Positions 52,955 to 64,000 of a DNA stretch of 64,000 nt are shown one piece after another. The position numbers and the translations under genes are program-made. The stretch lies in assembly GCA_030141605.1 (NCBI GenBank), contig JAQGDQ010000041.1:124001-188000 (forward strand). The letters run 5' to 3'. Under the pieces are notes generated by a model that worked only from the letters and a program-made list of their open reading frames with translations, did no database searches and had not been told where the DNA came from. The stretch's first letter is position 1, and each line of letters opens with the position of its first letter. Origin of the DNA: Tubiluchus corallicola. Its lineage: Eukaryota > Animalia > Priapulida.

Positions 52955-55900
52955 TTGCCCTTGCTGAGACTACACTACCATCTAGTGCAAGGTACAATGT
53001 ATTTATTTATCGTTCATCAATATAAATAGAATTTATAAAGGTGATTAAAATATGTGTAAAGACCTACTTCGACTTATGACTTCTGATGATGACATTGCTA
53101 TTCTCATTTTGTGTGCAAATGTTAATTAGCGAGTTCATTTATAACAGATGTTTGATATGAAATCAATAATTTATCAATATGTTGTATGGGTGATTGTCTA
53201 GTTTTCTTGAACACTTAGAATGTGAAGCTCTCTGTACCAGTTAGAATTGTACGTATTGCAATAGGATGCTCTACATAATCATGTCTCAACAATAAAATTT
53301 TAGGTGTTGAAACTCTGTATTATAGCATAAAAGTAGGCTAGCTGATGCCTCTCAATACTTGGCAGATAATATGACATTTTCACATATCATTTATAAATAA
53401 GTATAATTCAGTGCCCTAACTTGAGAATAGTAAGAATACTATTTTACTACACTTATAACATAAAAAATTTTGAGACTGAAAACTTATTATATAATGAGTT
53501 GCTCTTTTTTAACTTTACAACTAAATTGCTAATTTGTGGTGAACTATATTATTCATGTTTGTTGTTAGTTAATGTTTTAGTTTTAATTAATTTTGCTATA
53601 GTTTTGAAAGGGTGTGTTACAAAAGTATTAGCTGTAACAGGTTAGCACAACGGTTTTTATGCACAATCTGTCGTACTGTACAAATTTTAATAGGCACCGA
53701 GCATATCACTTAAAACTGTATACCTTAATTTACAAAACAGCAGTTGAAAGATGATGTGTACCAAAAAGTCTATTGCAAATTTTGACTTTTCCTGCGAATG
53801 TCATTACCAAAACTAAGGTTGAGAAAGTGTTAGTATTAAACTTGGAACGTTTTGTGGTATCTGGTTTCCTAATGTTTCTTTTATTATAGACGTGTTACAC
53901 ACACATATATAGGTGCTAGAGTTCTTACTAAACATGCATTGAACGATGTTTTTTAGAAAAAAATGGTAAGAGACTTATTTTCTCTCACACAATATTTTTT
54001 AACTTTGTGATTATTTTATGTTCATTTTTGCAGTGTGACTTACCAACTAAATCTTAACTATGTCCTTTGACTTGCTTTGTTAAGTGTATCTCTTTTTACT
54101 TACGGTAAATTGTACACACTGCTGAAGGTGTGTTTTCATGTATGACTAGTTGGTGTTAAACATTATTAAGTAAATTGCAAGAAAGCACACAAATTTATTC
54201 TTAAATGTATTTATTGTTACGACTTTTGCCTCTTAAAATCTTGTTCCTTTGTAAACAGCTTTTTGGCATGGCCGTTTTCACCACCGAAAGAATAATGTTT
54301 TAGTAGTGTCTGTAGTATTTAGCATAAATTTGTAAATCTGTATAGATCTGTAATTACGTTTGTTTAATTGCGTTGACTGTTGGATAATTTATGATCTGTG
54401 TAGATAAAAATTATAATGTTTCAGCATTGTTGACTACTGCAAAACTTTACATTATGATAAATGTTTCTGTAAGTATATGATATTGAGTCGAGTTGCTAGT
54501 GTGTCTAACCAATGCTTTTACTATTGTGAGACAAAGCATACTAACCTGAAACAGGACATTATGAATGTGAGTTGCTGTGTTATATTATAAACACTGTAAC
54601 ATAAGACAGTTCATCAGTATGTAGTTTATTATTTGTAATACAATGATTTGTAGAAATATATACAGTTGGGTTTTTTACAATGCAGAAATATGCTTCGGTT
54701 ACACCTCAAAATGACATAACTACTACGGTATTTTGCTGAGCATTTATTAGTGGATGAAAATATTTCGGTCTCTCATTAACTTCTGTAACCAGAAGTACAG
54801 AAATAATAAGTAGGTCATAGACTGCTACGCAGAGTTGAAACAACAAAAATTAAAGCCATCTTAATTAAATGTGTCATATGTTGAAGAAGACTGGTGATAA
54901 TTTTTTTCAAGTAATACTCACCTTAAATGCACAGCAAAATATCTTTATGTTCATAATTGTTTGTAACATAACTCTACAGAAAAACTACTTTAATGCATTA
55001 GTTCATAATTATTGTTGAAATATCAACGCTGCAAAACTCAAGTTTTAACATATCAAAATAGTTGGCTCTTGAATACCAATGGTTTTTTATGAGAATGTTG
55101 ATTTTGTCAGTATGCACATGACAATTTACTTATAAACGTATTAAAGAATGGAAAAACAATGCTGTTTGTATCAAAATAGTTTTCATAGCTAGTATTTGAG
55201 GCCTGATTACGAATGATTTTTCATATTTTATTAATGGTACCCATTATAAAAGGTTATTGTCAATCCATATTGTGAAACTGTCCAGGCTAATTGCTCAAGT
55301 TGCTTGCAATATTATTGGCTCAACTAAATGGCTTAAATTATTTTGCGGAGTGCAATTTTTTTTGTGCATATCTTGTGGTTAAGCATTGTAAGGCTCATGG
55401 TCTGTTTATTGTATTTTATCTGCAGCATAAATATGATGAGTGTTAACATTATTCATATTACCTTCTCATAGCTCAAGGACTGGGCAATAACTTTTGCAGA
55501 ACTTGCATGTTCTCGCTTTTGCTTGATATTAAAAACTATGTGGAGCCATTTCTGGTCAAGAAAATTAAAATTTTCCAGTAATACCATCTCTTACTGCCCC
55601 ACTGTTGACGTCATTGCTGCATAATATGCCTTAATTGTATTGTCGACCATATCATGTTATTTTTGCAACAGATTTTTGCTATATGCTATTAGCAAAACAC
55701 AACATAACTAATAATATTTTGCAACATAGTAATATTTTACAGTGAGAAAGTTTGCCTTTCAGACTATCGTTACGCTGAGTATAGACACCTAAAAATATTG
55801 CAGATCTTGTATAGAGAAATCTAGTGCACGTTAAAAATCTTTTATAATTGAGAGTTTTAAGAAATAACATTTGGGGACGAGCAAGAAATGAATTCTTGTC

Positions 55901-56591
55901 CTACGACAGGTTGTTTTTGTACTGGAACAGATATGATATGAAATGAAAAGTGTGCTTTTTTCTCTTGTGATATCATAGTTATAAGTAAAACAGATTTTTA
56001 TGCTGAAGGAGATTTGAGATGGTTTACTTATTGGTGTTGTTATTATTTGATTTATACATAATTTGATAAACTATTTTGCAAAGTTTGAAAATACAATTTA
56101 TTTAAATCTACAATGTTTGTTTGTAACATTGTTTTTTAAAATATTACCTCTTTACAATAGTCCATATGAGATATCACAGCCAAATGAGGAGCCAGATATA
56201 TTATTATTATTTTACTTATTATTATTATAATTACTATCACCAATTACAGCTTTCAAAATGTCATAGAAAGTTCATAAAAAAACTGTTGCTGAATTTTACT
56301 CAGTTCTGTGGAAAAAGAAAGCTGGCTATTCTATCCTTAAACATCAATGTGTCATTACATATTATATTTCAAACTCATACTCAAAGGCACTATTTCAGCA
56401 TATTAGTAGTTATTTATGGTATTATTATTATCACAGGTCCTCTGTTTAACGATGCAATGCAGTAGTGTACTTGACATGGTTTTTAACATTATGTAAAAAT
56501 ACAAAAGAAATTTTGCCTCCACTGTCAAAAAACATTTCACGCCCAATATAATTCATGCAAAAATATACTAAATAAACTTTTTTGAAAATGG

Positions 56592-59500
56592 CTACTTCTT
56601 AATAGCGGTAATCATAATAACTCCAGTTGGATTCACATATTCTGAGAATGTATCTTTAGGTCCGAGGTGTCCATAATCTTTGTCAGTGAACAGCTCCTGC
56701 ACTTGGTAACCGCCAGGATCTTTAAGTCCAAGTTCCAACAATGTTGCATAAAACTTTCTTGGTCCTCCAGCGTCATAACGATTCATAACCACAACGGCGA
56801 AACTTCCTGGAGGGTTGATGGGTCGAGACCAGACTTCAAAGTTGTGCCTGTTACCTACTGGCTTCTGCAGTGGTCTGAACATGATCTTTTCTGTTTCTTT
56901 CTAAAATAAGAAATAATCCACTTGCAGTTTGCAAATTGCTACATTTACTGGCATAAATTTACAAACTTTCACTTTTACAAATGGTCTAGTCAGGTTCAAT
57001 TTTTTTTTGAAAACCCTTAATGAAAGGCTTCGGATCTGCAAAAACGTAAAAGAATGTAGAGCAATAATAAAAAAATAAGTACGTTACAACATTCCTCAAT
57101 AAAAGCAATATCTTGCAAAAATGTTATTCAACCTTTGGAGCAAGTGAAGTAACTGAATGTCACTATTTGGCTTGCTGCAACGTTAAGCAAAACCACGCTT
57201 GGCTAGTTAATATTATTTATTATAATTATGTATTGTGTAGAAATTGAGTGCTTTTTTGATAAATTTTGTAAAAATATTTTGTTTGAAGTGGAAATAAATA
57301 TTGCAATTACAGTTAATATTAGCTGGGTGTCAGTTGGAATAACTGCTTCTGAATGGTTTCACCTGAATAGTGCCCCCGCTATTGTTCTCACTAAGGAAGG
57401 CTGTACATGCACATTTATCTGAACAGGAATGTGGACACCAGCAGCTCAATACTTCATTTCAGAGGATTACTCATGATAACAAACAAGGCTTTGGTCCGCC
57501 ATGACTGTCAATAAGTACGCCTCACTTTTAAATGTTTGAATCTTAATGTTGTCTAACTTGTGATAAGTGAGCTAAGTCACGATTTTGTCATAAGTGTCAG
57601 TAAGTAGGCCCTGTCATTGAGTGCCTGATAATATTAAACCTCTATATGCTTTTCACAAATCAACTGTCCGACCTTGTATGGAATACTGTAGCCACATCTG
57701 GGCTTATGCTTGAGCCTGTTACCTTCAATACTTGACATGTTCAGAATAGATGTATCTAATTTGGGGTCAACCAATGATCTCTTGCTTGATCAAAAGTAAG
57801 TTTCTTCACTGCACCAGTTTAATTGATACAAGTTATGCACTGTAACATGCTGTAATGAAATACAGCATCCAGTCGCATGGTATATTTCCTCTGGATAATT
57901 GTAGCAAAACTAGAACCTGATTTATTATCAAGGTTACGCCTTTAAGCTGATTACTGAGTGGGTCAATTAAATAGAGGTGTCTCAGTCACATTTAAATGTG
58001 AACAGCACACATTCCATGTACAACATAAATAACTGGAACCAGTACAATGAATGGAAATCGACTAGATTGAGCAATGCGCCAATCATCCATTTACTGAAAA
58101 GCCTCAGTGTCATTCTTAGCTTTGGTCACCAAGTACAAACCTTGACCTTTCAGCTCTTCATCCTGGCCCAGAAAATTTTTACAGAAGAATTTCCCAGGCT
58201 CTTTATTCATTGGTTCCTAAAAGCAGACAGTTTGCCTGGAGGCGCTACTGTCCTCATACTTGCCAGGTCACTATAAGTTCACATCCTCCCTCTGAGAGAA
58301 AAACAGCCAAAGATTTTATTTTTGCTAGACATTGTATACAGAATGGCTGCTTACAATATCAGTTTTTTCCTCTGACCTTTTACTTGTGGAATTGTTTGCA
58401 AGAAAATTATTTCCCCGTTAGCTACAATCTTGCTTCAAGAAAAACATCAGCAGACACTTCCTATAAATCATTAGCAACTTAGTTGTAAGAATTTAATTTT
58501 TAGACTTTTAGACTTGATATCATATTTTAACTCTGTAACTACGCCCTTTCACACTGGGTGGCCACTGCCGTGCGATTGCATCGTTTTATTTGAATTGGTC
58601 CGTACATAAAAGTAGATCTTCAGCCGCAGGACCAAATAAAAGTGTTGTGCAAACCTGTCCAGTCTCCTGGATTACACTTATGGTACCCAGATATGGCCCA
58701 CCTCACCTGCTCACCAAGACACTGGGAAATTTCACCCTATTTACCTTGACACTTTACCAACTTGATTTTCCACTTTTATAATTGCACAGGCAATTCCATT
58801 TGAAGTTCCAATAAGGGAAATACTAGCCAGAAAAGTAAATCTACAACTAAATTATTACCAATAATCGAAATAATAATAAATTTACCATAGTGTAAATTCT
58901 TTGTTTTTTGTTGCTAAGAAGGCCTCCAAAGCTCTGAGAGGTGGAGACTCTGTCCATTTCCGAAACACTGTTTGGACCTTGGTGTGGGAGCTTAGTGCTC
59001 CCTCAGACCCCCTACCCGCCATTTCACAAGTATGCCATATTTGGCTAACTCAACTTGACAAGTCTGGTGTTGTGAGTCTTGTGACCGCTTGAATACCCGC
59101 AGCCAGCTGAATCAGATTATTGCTAAAGGTTATGGCAAAACAGACATTTATTTTGTACATACGTGTTCTATTGGGATTGGTTTTCCTTGTATTCCGAGAG
59201 AATCTTGATTGACTGCAATCACCTTCTTATTCAGTAAAATTTCTTTGAATTCTGGGCGCATTTTTCTCGGATCATTGCTCATTATTAGTGGCGCAGCTAA
59301 TATTGCCCACATTGCCATTTGTGTGCGTGCTTGATCCAGACTCAATCCAAAGTTTCCAATTATTAACTGCAAGCAAGTAAAACACTGACAGTTAGTACCA
59401 TCATAAAACTATTGAAATTTCTCCATGTACTTAATTTTTACAGCTCAGAATAATTTTAAATAAATGAACATGCAAAGTTTCAATTAAATGTGCTCGAGTT

Positions 59501-62500
59501 CATGCTTGAACATAATGAATAAGGTTCAGAAATTTACATGAACTAGTGTTTGTTCACTAATCCTGACACATTCTGTGTCCGAGCACATTTTCAAAATCTG
59601 ATATTTAATAATAAACAAGTCGTCCGCTAAACACCCAACATATTGCCAGGCGGCCCCACACACATGTGCATGCTATGAAGCCAATAAACTCGAGTTGAAT
59701 TTAATTGTGCAACACTTAGTTTCCATCGTTTGAATTTTTGGTAATTCATATAAACATTACCACTGCAAAATGTTTTTTGCGTTATTTACTTTTGAAAATG
59801 TGCTTAGTTATGAAACCCATCAGGATTGGTGAATGAACACAATTTTATACAAATTGATGTTAACATTATGTACTTTCCTAGAAAGTGGTGTTTTGCTACA
59901 ATTTGAGCCTGAAATTGCAAGTTGCCAAGTTCAAAAGTTAGTAAAAAAAACTTGCTGTTGAAATTTGCAAAAGTTGTCTATCAAAAGTTTTAAAATTTTC
60001 ATTTGTGTGTACAGAAGTTTCAATCCAAAACTAAAAAAAACTTTTCCACACAACCTGCATGAGAAGCAAACTAATTATTGGACTGAAACCTGTCATTTTT
60101 TAATAAATTAAATGTGAGAAACTAAGAATTGTTTATGGCATTCAATGCAAGCTAACTTTTACTCGCGTTCAATCATAACAGCAGGAAAAAACCTTAAAGA
60201 AATTTACCGAATTGAAAAAGTGACTAAGTTGTCCTGTGACATAAAATCAGCCAAAGCCGCCATGTATCTGAAATGCCTGGAGCATGTGGCAAGTAAACTA
60301 AACCATTCTAACTCCATATCCAAAAAATTAGTATGTATACACAAAGTAAGCAACAGGGTGCTCACCATATCTGGGTCATTCCAATTTCCTGGTCCAGCTA
60401 CTGGCTGCAGAACATTGGTCGCATTCTTATAGTAGTCTATAATGTCTAAAATACTTTCGTAACTATCTGATATATCATAGTACATCCTCCATAGATTACA
60501 TGTGGCAGCTATAAGAGTATAATTGGGCTGAAAAAGAATTACATTTGGTGTATAAATAAATGATCAGTAAAGAATCAATGCTTTTGCAATAATTTAGCAA
60601 TACTTATGATAAATATAATTACACTTTTATGTAGATTTAAGTGTGCAAGTAATTAACTAGGAATATGGTGGTCAAAAGCAATTCCACAAAGACCTATTTT
60701 TATTAACTAAAATATCTGAAAACAATCTTCAGACTTATTATACAGAATACACTCAAGGAAAATATTATTAACACACTAAGAAATGCTGCTTTTTATTGCT
60801 ACCCACAAGAATATGTTTCATGACTTTTATCAGTTCCATATGGAAGTGCCACACTTATTTTGGCCAAATCTGTTAAATGCCATTGCAATTACGGCAGGGG
60901 TGGGCAAATAGACAGCTAAAGGCCTCCGAAAGTGCAATGAGCTCCTACAGCAAGGTTCGACAAAGGGCCCCCTTGAAAACTCACATATTTTCTGCATTTA
61001 AGAGTTTCTGAAGACATTTTGAATCTAAACGGAGAGTTTTGAATTTAAAAAGCTGAAATTCTGTTAAACAAATTTTTGGTTTTACGAAACAAGTAAACAG
61101 CAAAACAGACTTTATCCTTGGAATATTTTGCAATGTGGCCTTTATTCATTTTTGCTTTTAATACACAATGAAATTAAACTAAGTTGTTCAAGTCAATGTA
61201 CTCTTGTTAGCTGAACAAATTCTCAAAGACAATTATTATAAAATTATTAAAAAAATTTCAACACTAACAAATCCAGCAGTATATAAACTTCAACAGGAAA
61301 AGGTTACATTTTCCTCGACAGTGCTTTTAAATGCTGGAGTATGTATGTGTAACCAGGACTAGTACTATTTTGTAGCAGAGGCAGCTCAACAACAAAAACT
61401 ACAACTTGTACTGGGGAACTAAATGCCAAGTGCCTGTGGCATGCAGAGTGCTCCTGTTGTCCTAAACAAGTTACCATAAAGTAGTAAGGCAATTTGTTGC
61501 TATTATTATAGCAAACAGGCACTAAAAGAAACAAACTTGGTACTGAACTAAGGTCTAGAAAAAATTTCACTGTCTGGATTTGCCCAGTGTGTTGCCAGTT
61601 GCCCACCCTTGATTTACAATATTCATGTTATCAGGATCTAGGCATGCAGCTACATTATTATACATCTTACCGATATGCCCTCTGCTCGCTGATAATCAGG
61701 CCAGCTACAAGAATACTGTATAGGTCTACCCGTCATGTTCAAGTAATATCCCATCTCTTGATAACCTATAAAACAATAATTTTAATGAAAAAGATGTTAG
61801 GAATACTGAATTCTCATAATAATACATTTGTCCATTTTCTTATTATATACAATAAAAATATTAGCTTTGTACCTTTGTCCATAAGTCTCACTTCACTATA
61901 ACAACCATCTAACTTCAATGCGTCAACTTCCCACTTGGCAAATATATCTGCATCTTGTTTCAGGAAATACTGACTGCCTGGATAACCTGCACATGTTTTA
62001 GTTCCAAAATCTCCATAAATTCCCAACTTTAAACCTCGAGTGTGCATCTATAAAGTAGATATTTAAAACGGGAAAAGTGAACAAACATCTTCAAGAATGT
62101 TTATTGAATATGTCTTCAAATACAAGCTTTGTATTTACTTTTGAAAAGACAACATAATGCAAACAGGTATGCTGTTTCTGCATCTGTGTTCTTTGATTTA
62201 ACAGTTACGCAATCTATTTATTTTGGCCAGTATAAGATCCGTCACATGTATGGCAGAAAAACTGCTAAGAAAAAAGTATTGGCAAGCCTATTTTAAAAGC
62301 TACACTCTTTACTTTAAATCTAAGAACAAAGTATGAAAATCGGTACCAAGTACGACGAAGCAATTAAATACTTGTCATCACTCGGCTAATTCTACCATTC
62401 AAAGTGTGGCAATAATTGCAATACTGTTTATATTAACATCTTTTGTTGTCAAGCAGGATGAGTGGCATTTCAAGCCCAATTTGCCTACTTACAATATCAA

Positions 62501-63886
62501 ACTGGTGTGAAGGTGGTAAAAACAATAATGTAATATTAGTTTACCACTGATATCCGCTATTACAGTAGTTAGATATTATCACATATTTAATTTAGACTTA
62601 GTAGCAGTTTGATTTAGACAGTCTACTACATAGCATTACAATTTACATATAAATACGTGCATACAGCCTTGCCAAAAACAAATGCCTTTATAAATCTCAT
62701 AAAACAGTAAGCAAATATTTGAATACTACTGTGCCTGAGCTTGTCCATGTGTTGTAAACATAGCTTGCCTGAAGTATGTTTGCTGTAAGTCATAAATAGC
62801 TTTAAAATCCGAAGCAAAAATTTTATGAATACTAGCCTTGATAATAGTATATTATTCATACCTTATAATAGTAATATACAATATTTAATTTTTCTTACAT
62901 AATCTGACAAGAATTTAATGCCATGGGGGAACCGATCCGGATCAGCAACCAAGTTTCCAAATTCGTCTCTTTCTTTAGCAGCCCAACAGTCATCTATGCA
63001 GACAAATTCGTAACCAGCATCGCGATAACCTTCGGAAACCATCACATCAGCTACTTCCATAAACAACACTTCACTAAATACATACAAACATGTTTCAATC
63101 TTTCATGCTCAGTTATTCGTCATAACTGGGCGGGGTATTTACCATTTCAGGTGGGGTATATAGCCGAGTGGTACAGCATGTGTGATTTGTGACCAAAAGC
63201 TGATCAGTGAATGGATGTATTTTAGGTAACTACCTTCAACACTCGTTTTGAATATTTTTATATTTGCCATACTGATTCTGACTGTTTAGCCTCGTATAAG
63301 AAGGGCATATAGACATCCGAGCATATCTAAGACACCTCTGCCAGTTCAGTGGCTCATCTTGGAAGCTTAGTCTTGAAAAACAGCTAAGCTCTGGTTCCAC
63401 AAATGCCAATGCTAGATATATAATATAACAATGGCATATATTATACTACATGATATATATGTTCTTTATTTATTATAATGACGGGCAGTGGTGCTTCTTA
63501 TTACCATTACTTTTTAGAGCTTTGCACGAAAATTATTGTGCAAAGTAGCAATTGTTAATACACATTTCTTTTTCCTGACTGCAACCTATCAATGTCATTC
63601 TATAAACAATATTGTAGTCATGTGTACAATGCACAATAATATAATCTTTTAAACCAAAAGTTGATTTTATGGTGAACTACACTTCTAACAGCAGCAGTGA
63701 ACAGCTAATACTAACACAATCTAACCTGACACAATCCTTTGGTTGTTCTTTACAGTTGATGTTACACATAAAGCGTTCCCAATTCATCCATCCCATTGGC
63801 GGAGTTCTAGCTAGTCCGTTATTAATACACGATGCATATTCAGCTAACAAGATTAGCAAGGCGATCACTGATTTCAATTTTGCCAT
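56592..63886 (-). CDS. NAGA: GH27 lysosomal alpha-N-acetylgalactosaminidase / alpha-galactosidase, 7 exons, 426 aa
   Basis: Exons are 63726-63886, 62899-63073, 61873-62047, 61671-61765, 60366-60527, 59163-59366 and 56592-56900 (1281 nt). Features: signal peptide, [22 protein letters not shown] (nucleophile), SCSWP, WRMYYDI (acid/base), [17 protein letters not shown]. Confidence 0.93.
57630..58580 (+). mobile_element. Decayed LINE (CR1/L2 group) ORF2 3' end, interrupted by an insertion
   Basis: Translates [12 protein letters not shown] at ~57667 and [30 protein letters not shown] at ~58360-58460, with stops and frameshifts. Confidence 0.7.
60895..61611. mobile_element. hAT (Charlie-like) MITE in NAGA intron 4
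   Basis: TIRs CAGGGGTGGGCAA / TTGCCCACCCTTG; decayed 8-bp TSD AATTACGG / ATTTACAA with central TA. Confidence 0.65.
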
Positions 63887-64000
63887 TTCTAAAAGTAAAA
63901 TAACCCGTCAAAGATTGTTGTTCCTGTATGACAGCAATTAAGTGCACTGTCATACAGTGATACTGAAACTCTAATATAATGGTAAATTCTAAATTTAGGT

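Noticed and set aside
63150-63230. tRNA gene (also 23810-23860, 36900-36960, 40168-40240)
   Set aside because: Only isolated A or B boxes, with no cloverleaf or acceptor stem; treated as SINE relics.

Overview
This is AT-rich, intron-containing genomic DNA from a bilaterian invertebrate; no prokaryotic features are present. The left half (1-~39 kb) is a ParaHox locus. It holds a complete three-exon Gsx gene on the minus strand (16027-22788, 297 aa, SNAG/eh1 N-terminus, intron inside the homeobox). About 14 kb downstream, in the same orientation, is a previously hidden first coding exon of a divergent Xlox/Pdx gene (1489-1822, hexapeptide region PFAWLKRTRSHALEWKLGWSG); its homeobox exon must lie left of the window. 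An ~18 kb gene-free region separates Gsx from a housekeeping block: intronless HDAC8 (-), a ~10-exon SLAIN microtubule plus-end gene (+, head-to-head with HDAC8) and a 7-exon GH27 alpha-N-acetylgalactosaminidase/alpha-galactosidase (-, convergent with SLAIN). The window also contains many microsatellites, Helitron-like, hAT, PIF/Harbinger and foldback-like elements, SINE/LINE relics, and a visible switch from CpG-retaining to CpG-depleted DNA near 39.5 kb. All exon models were built by eye from splice signals and reading frame, with no database searches.
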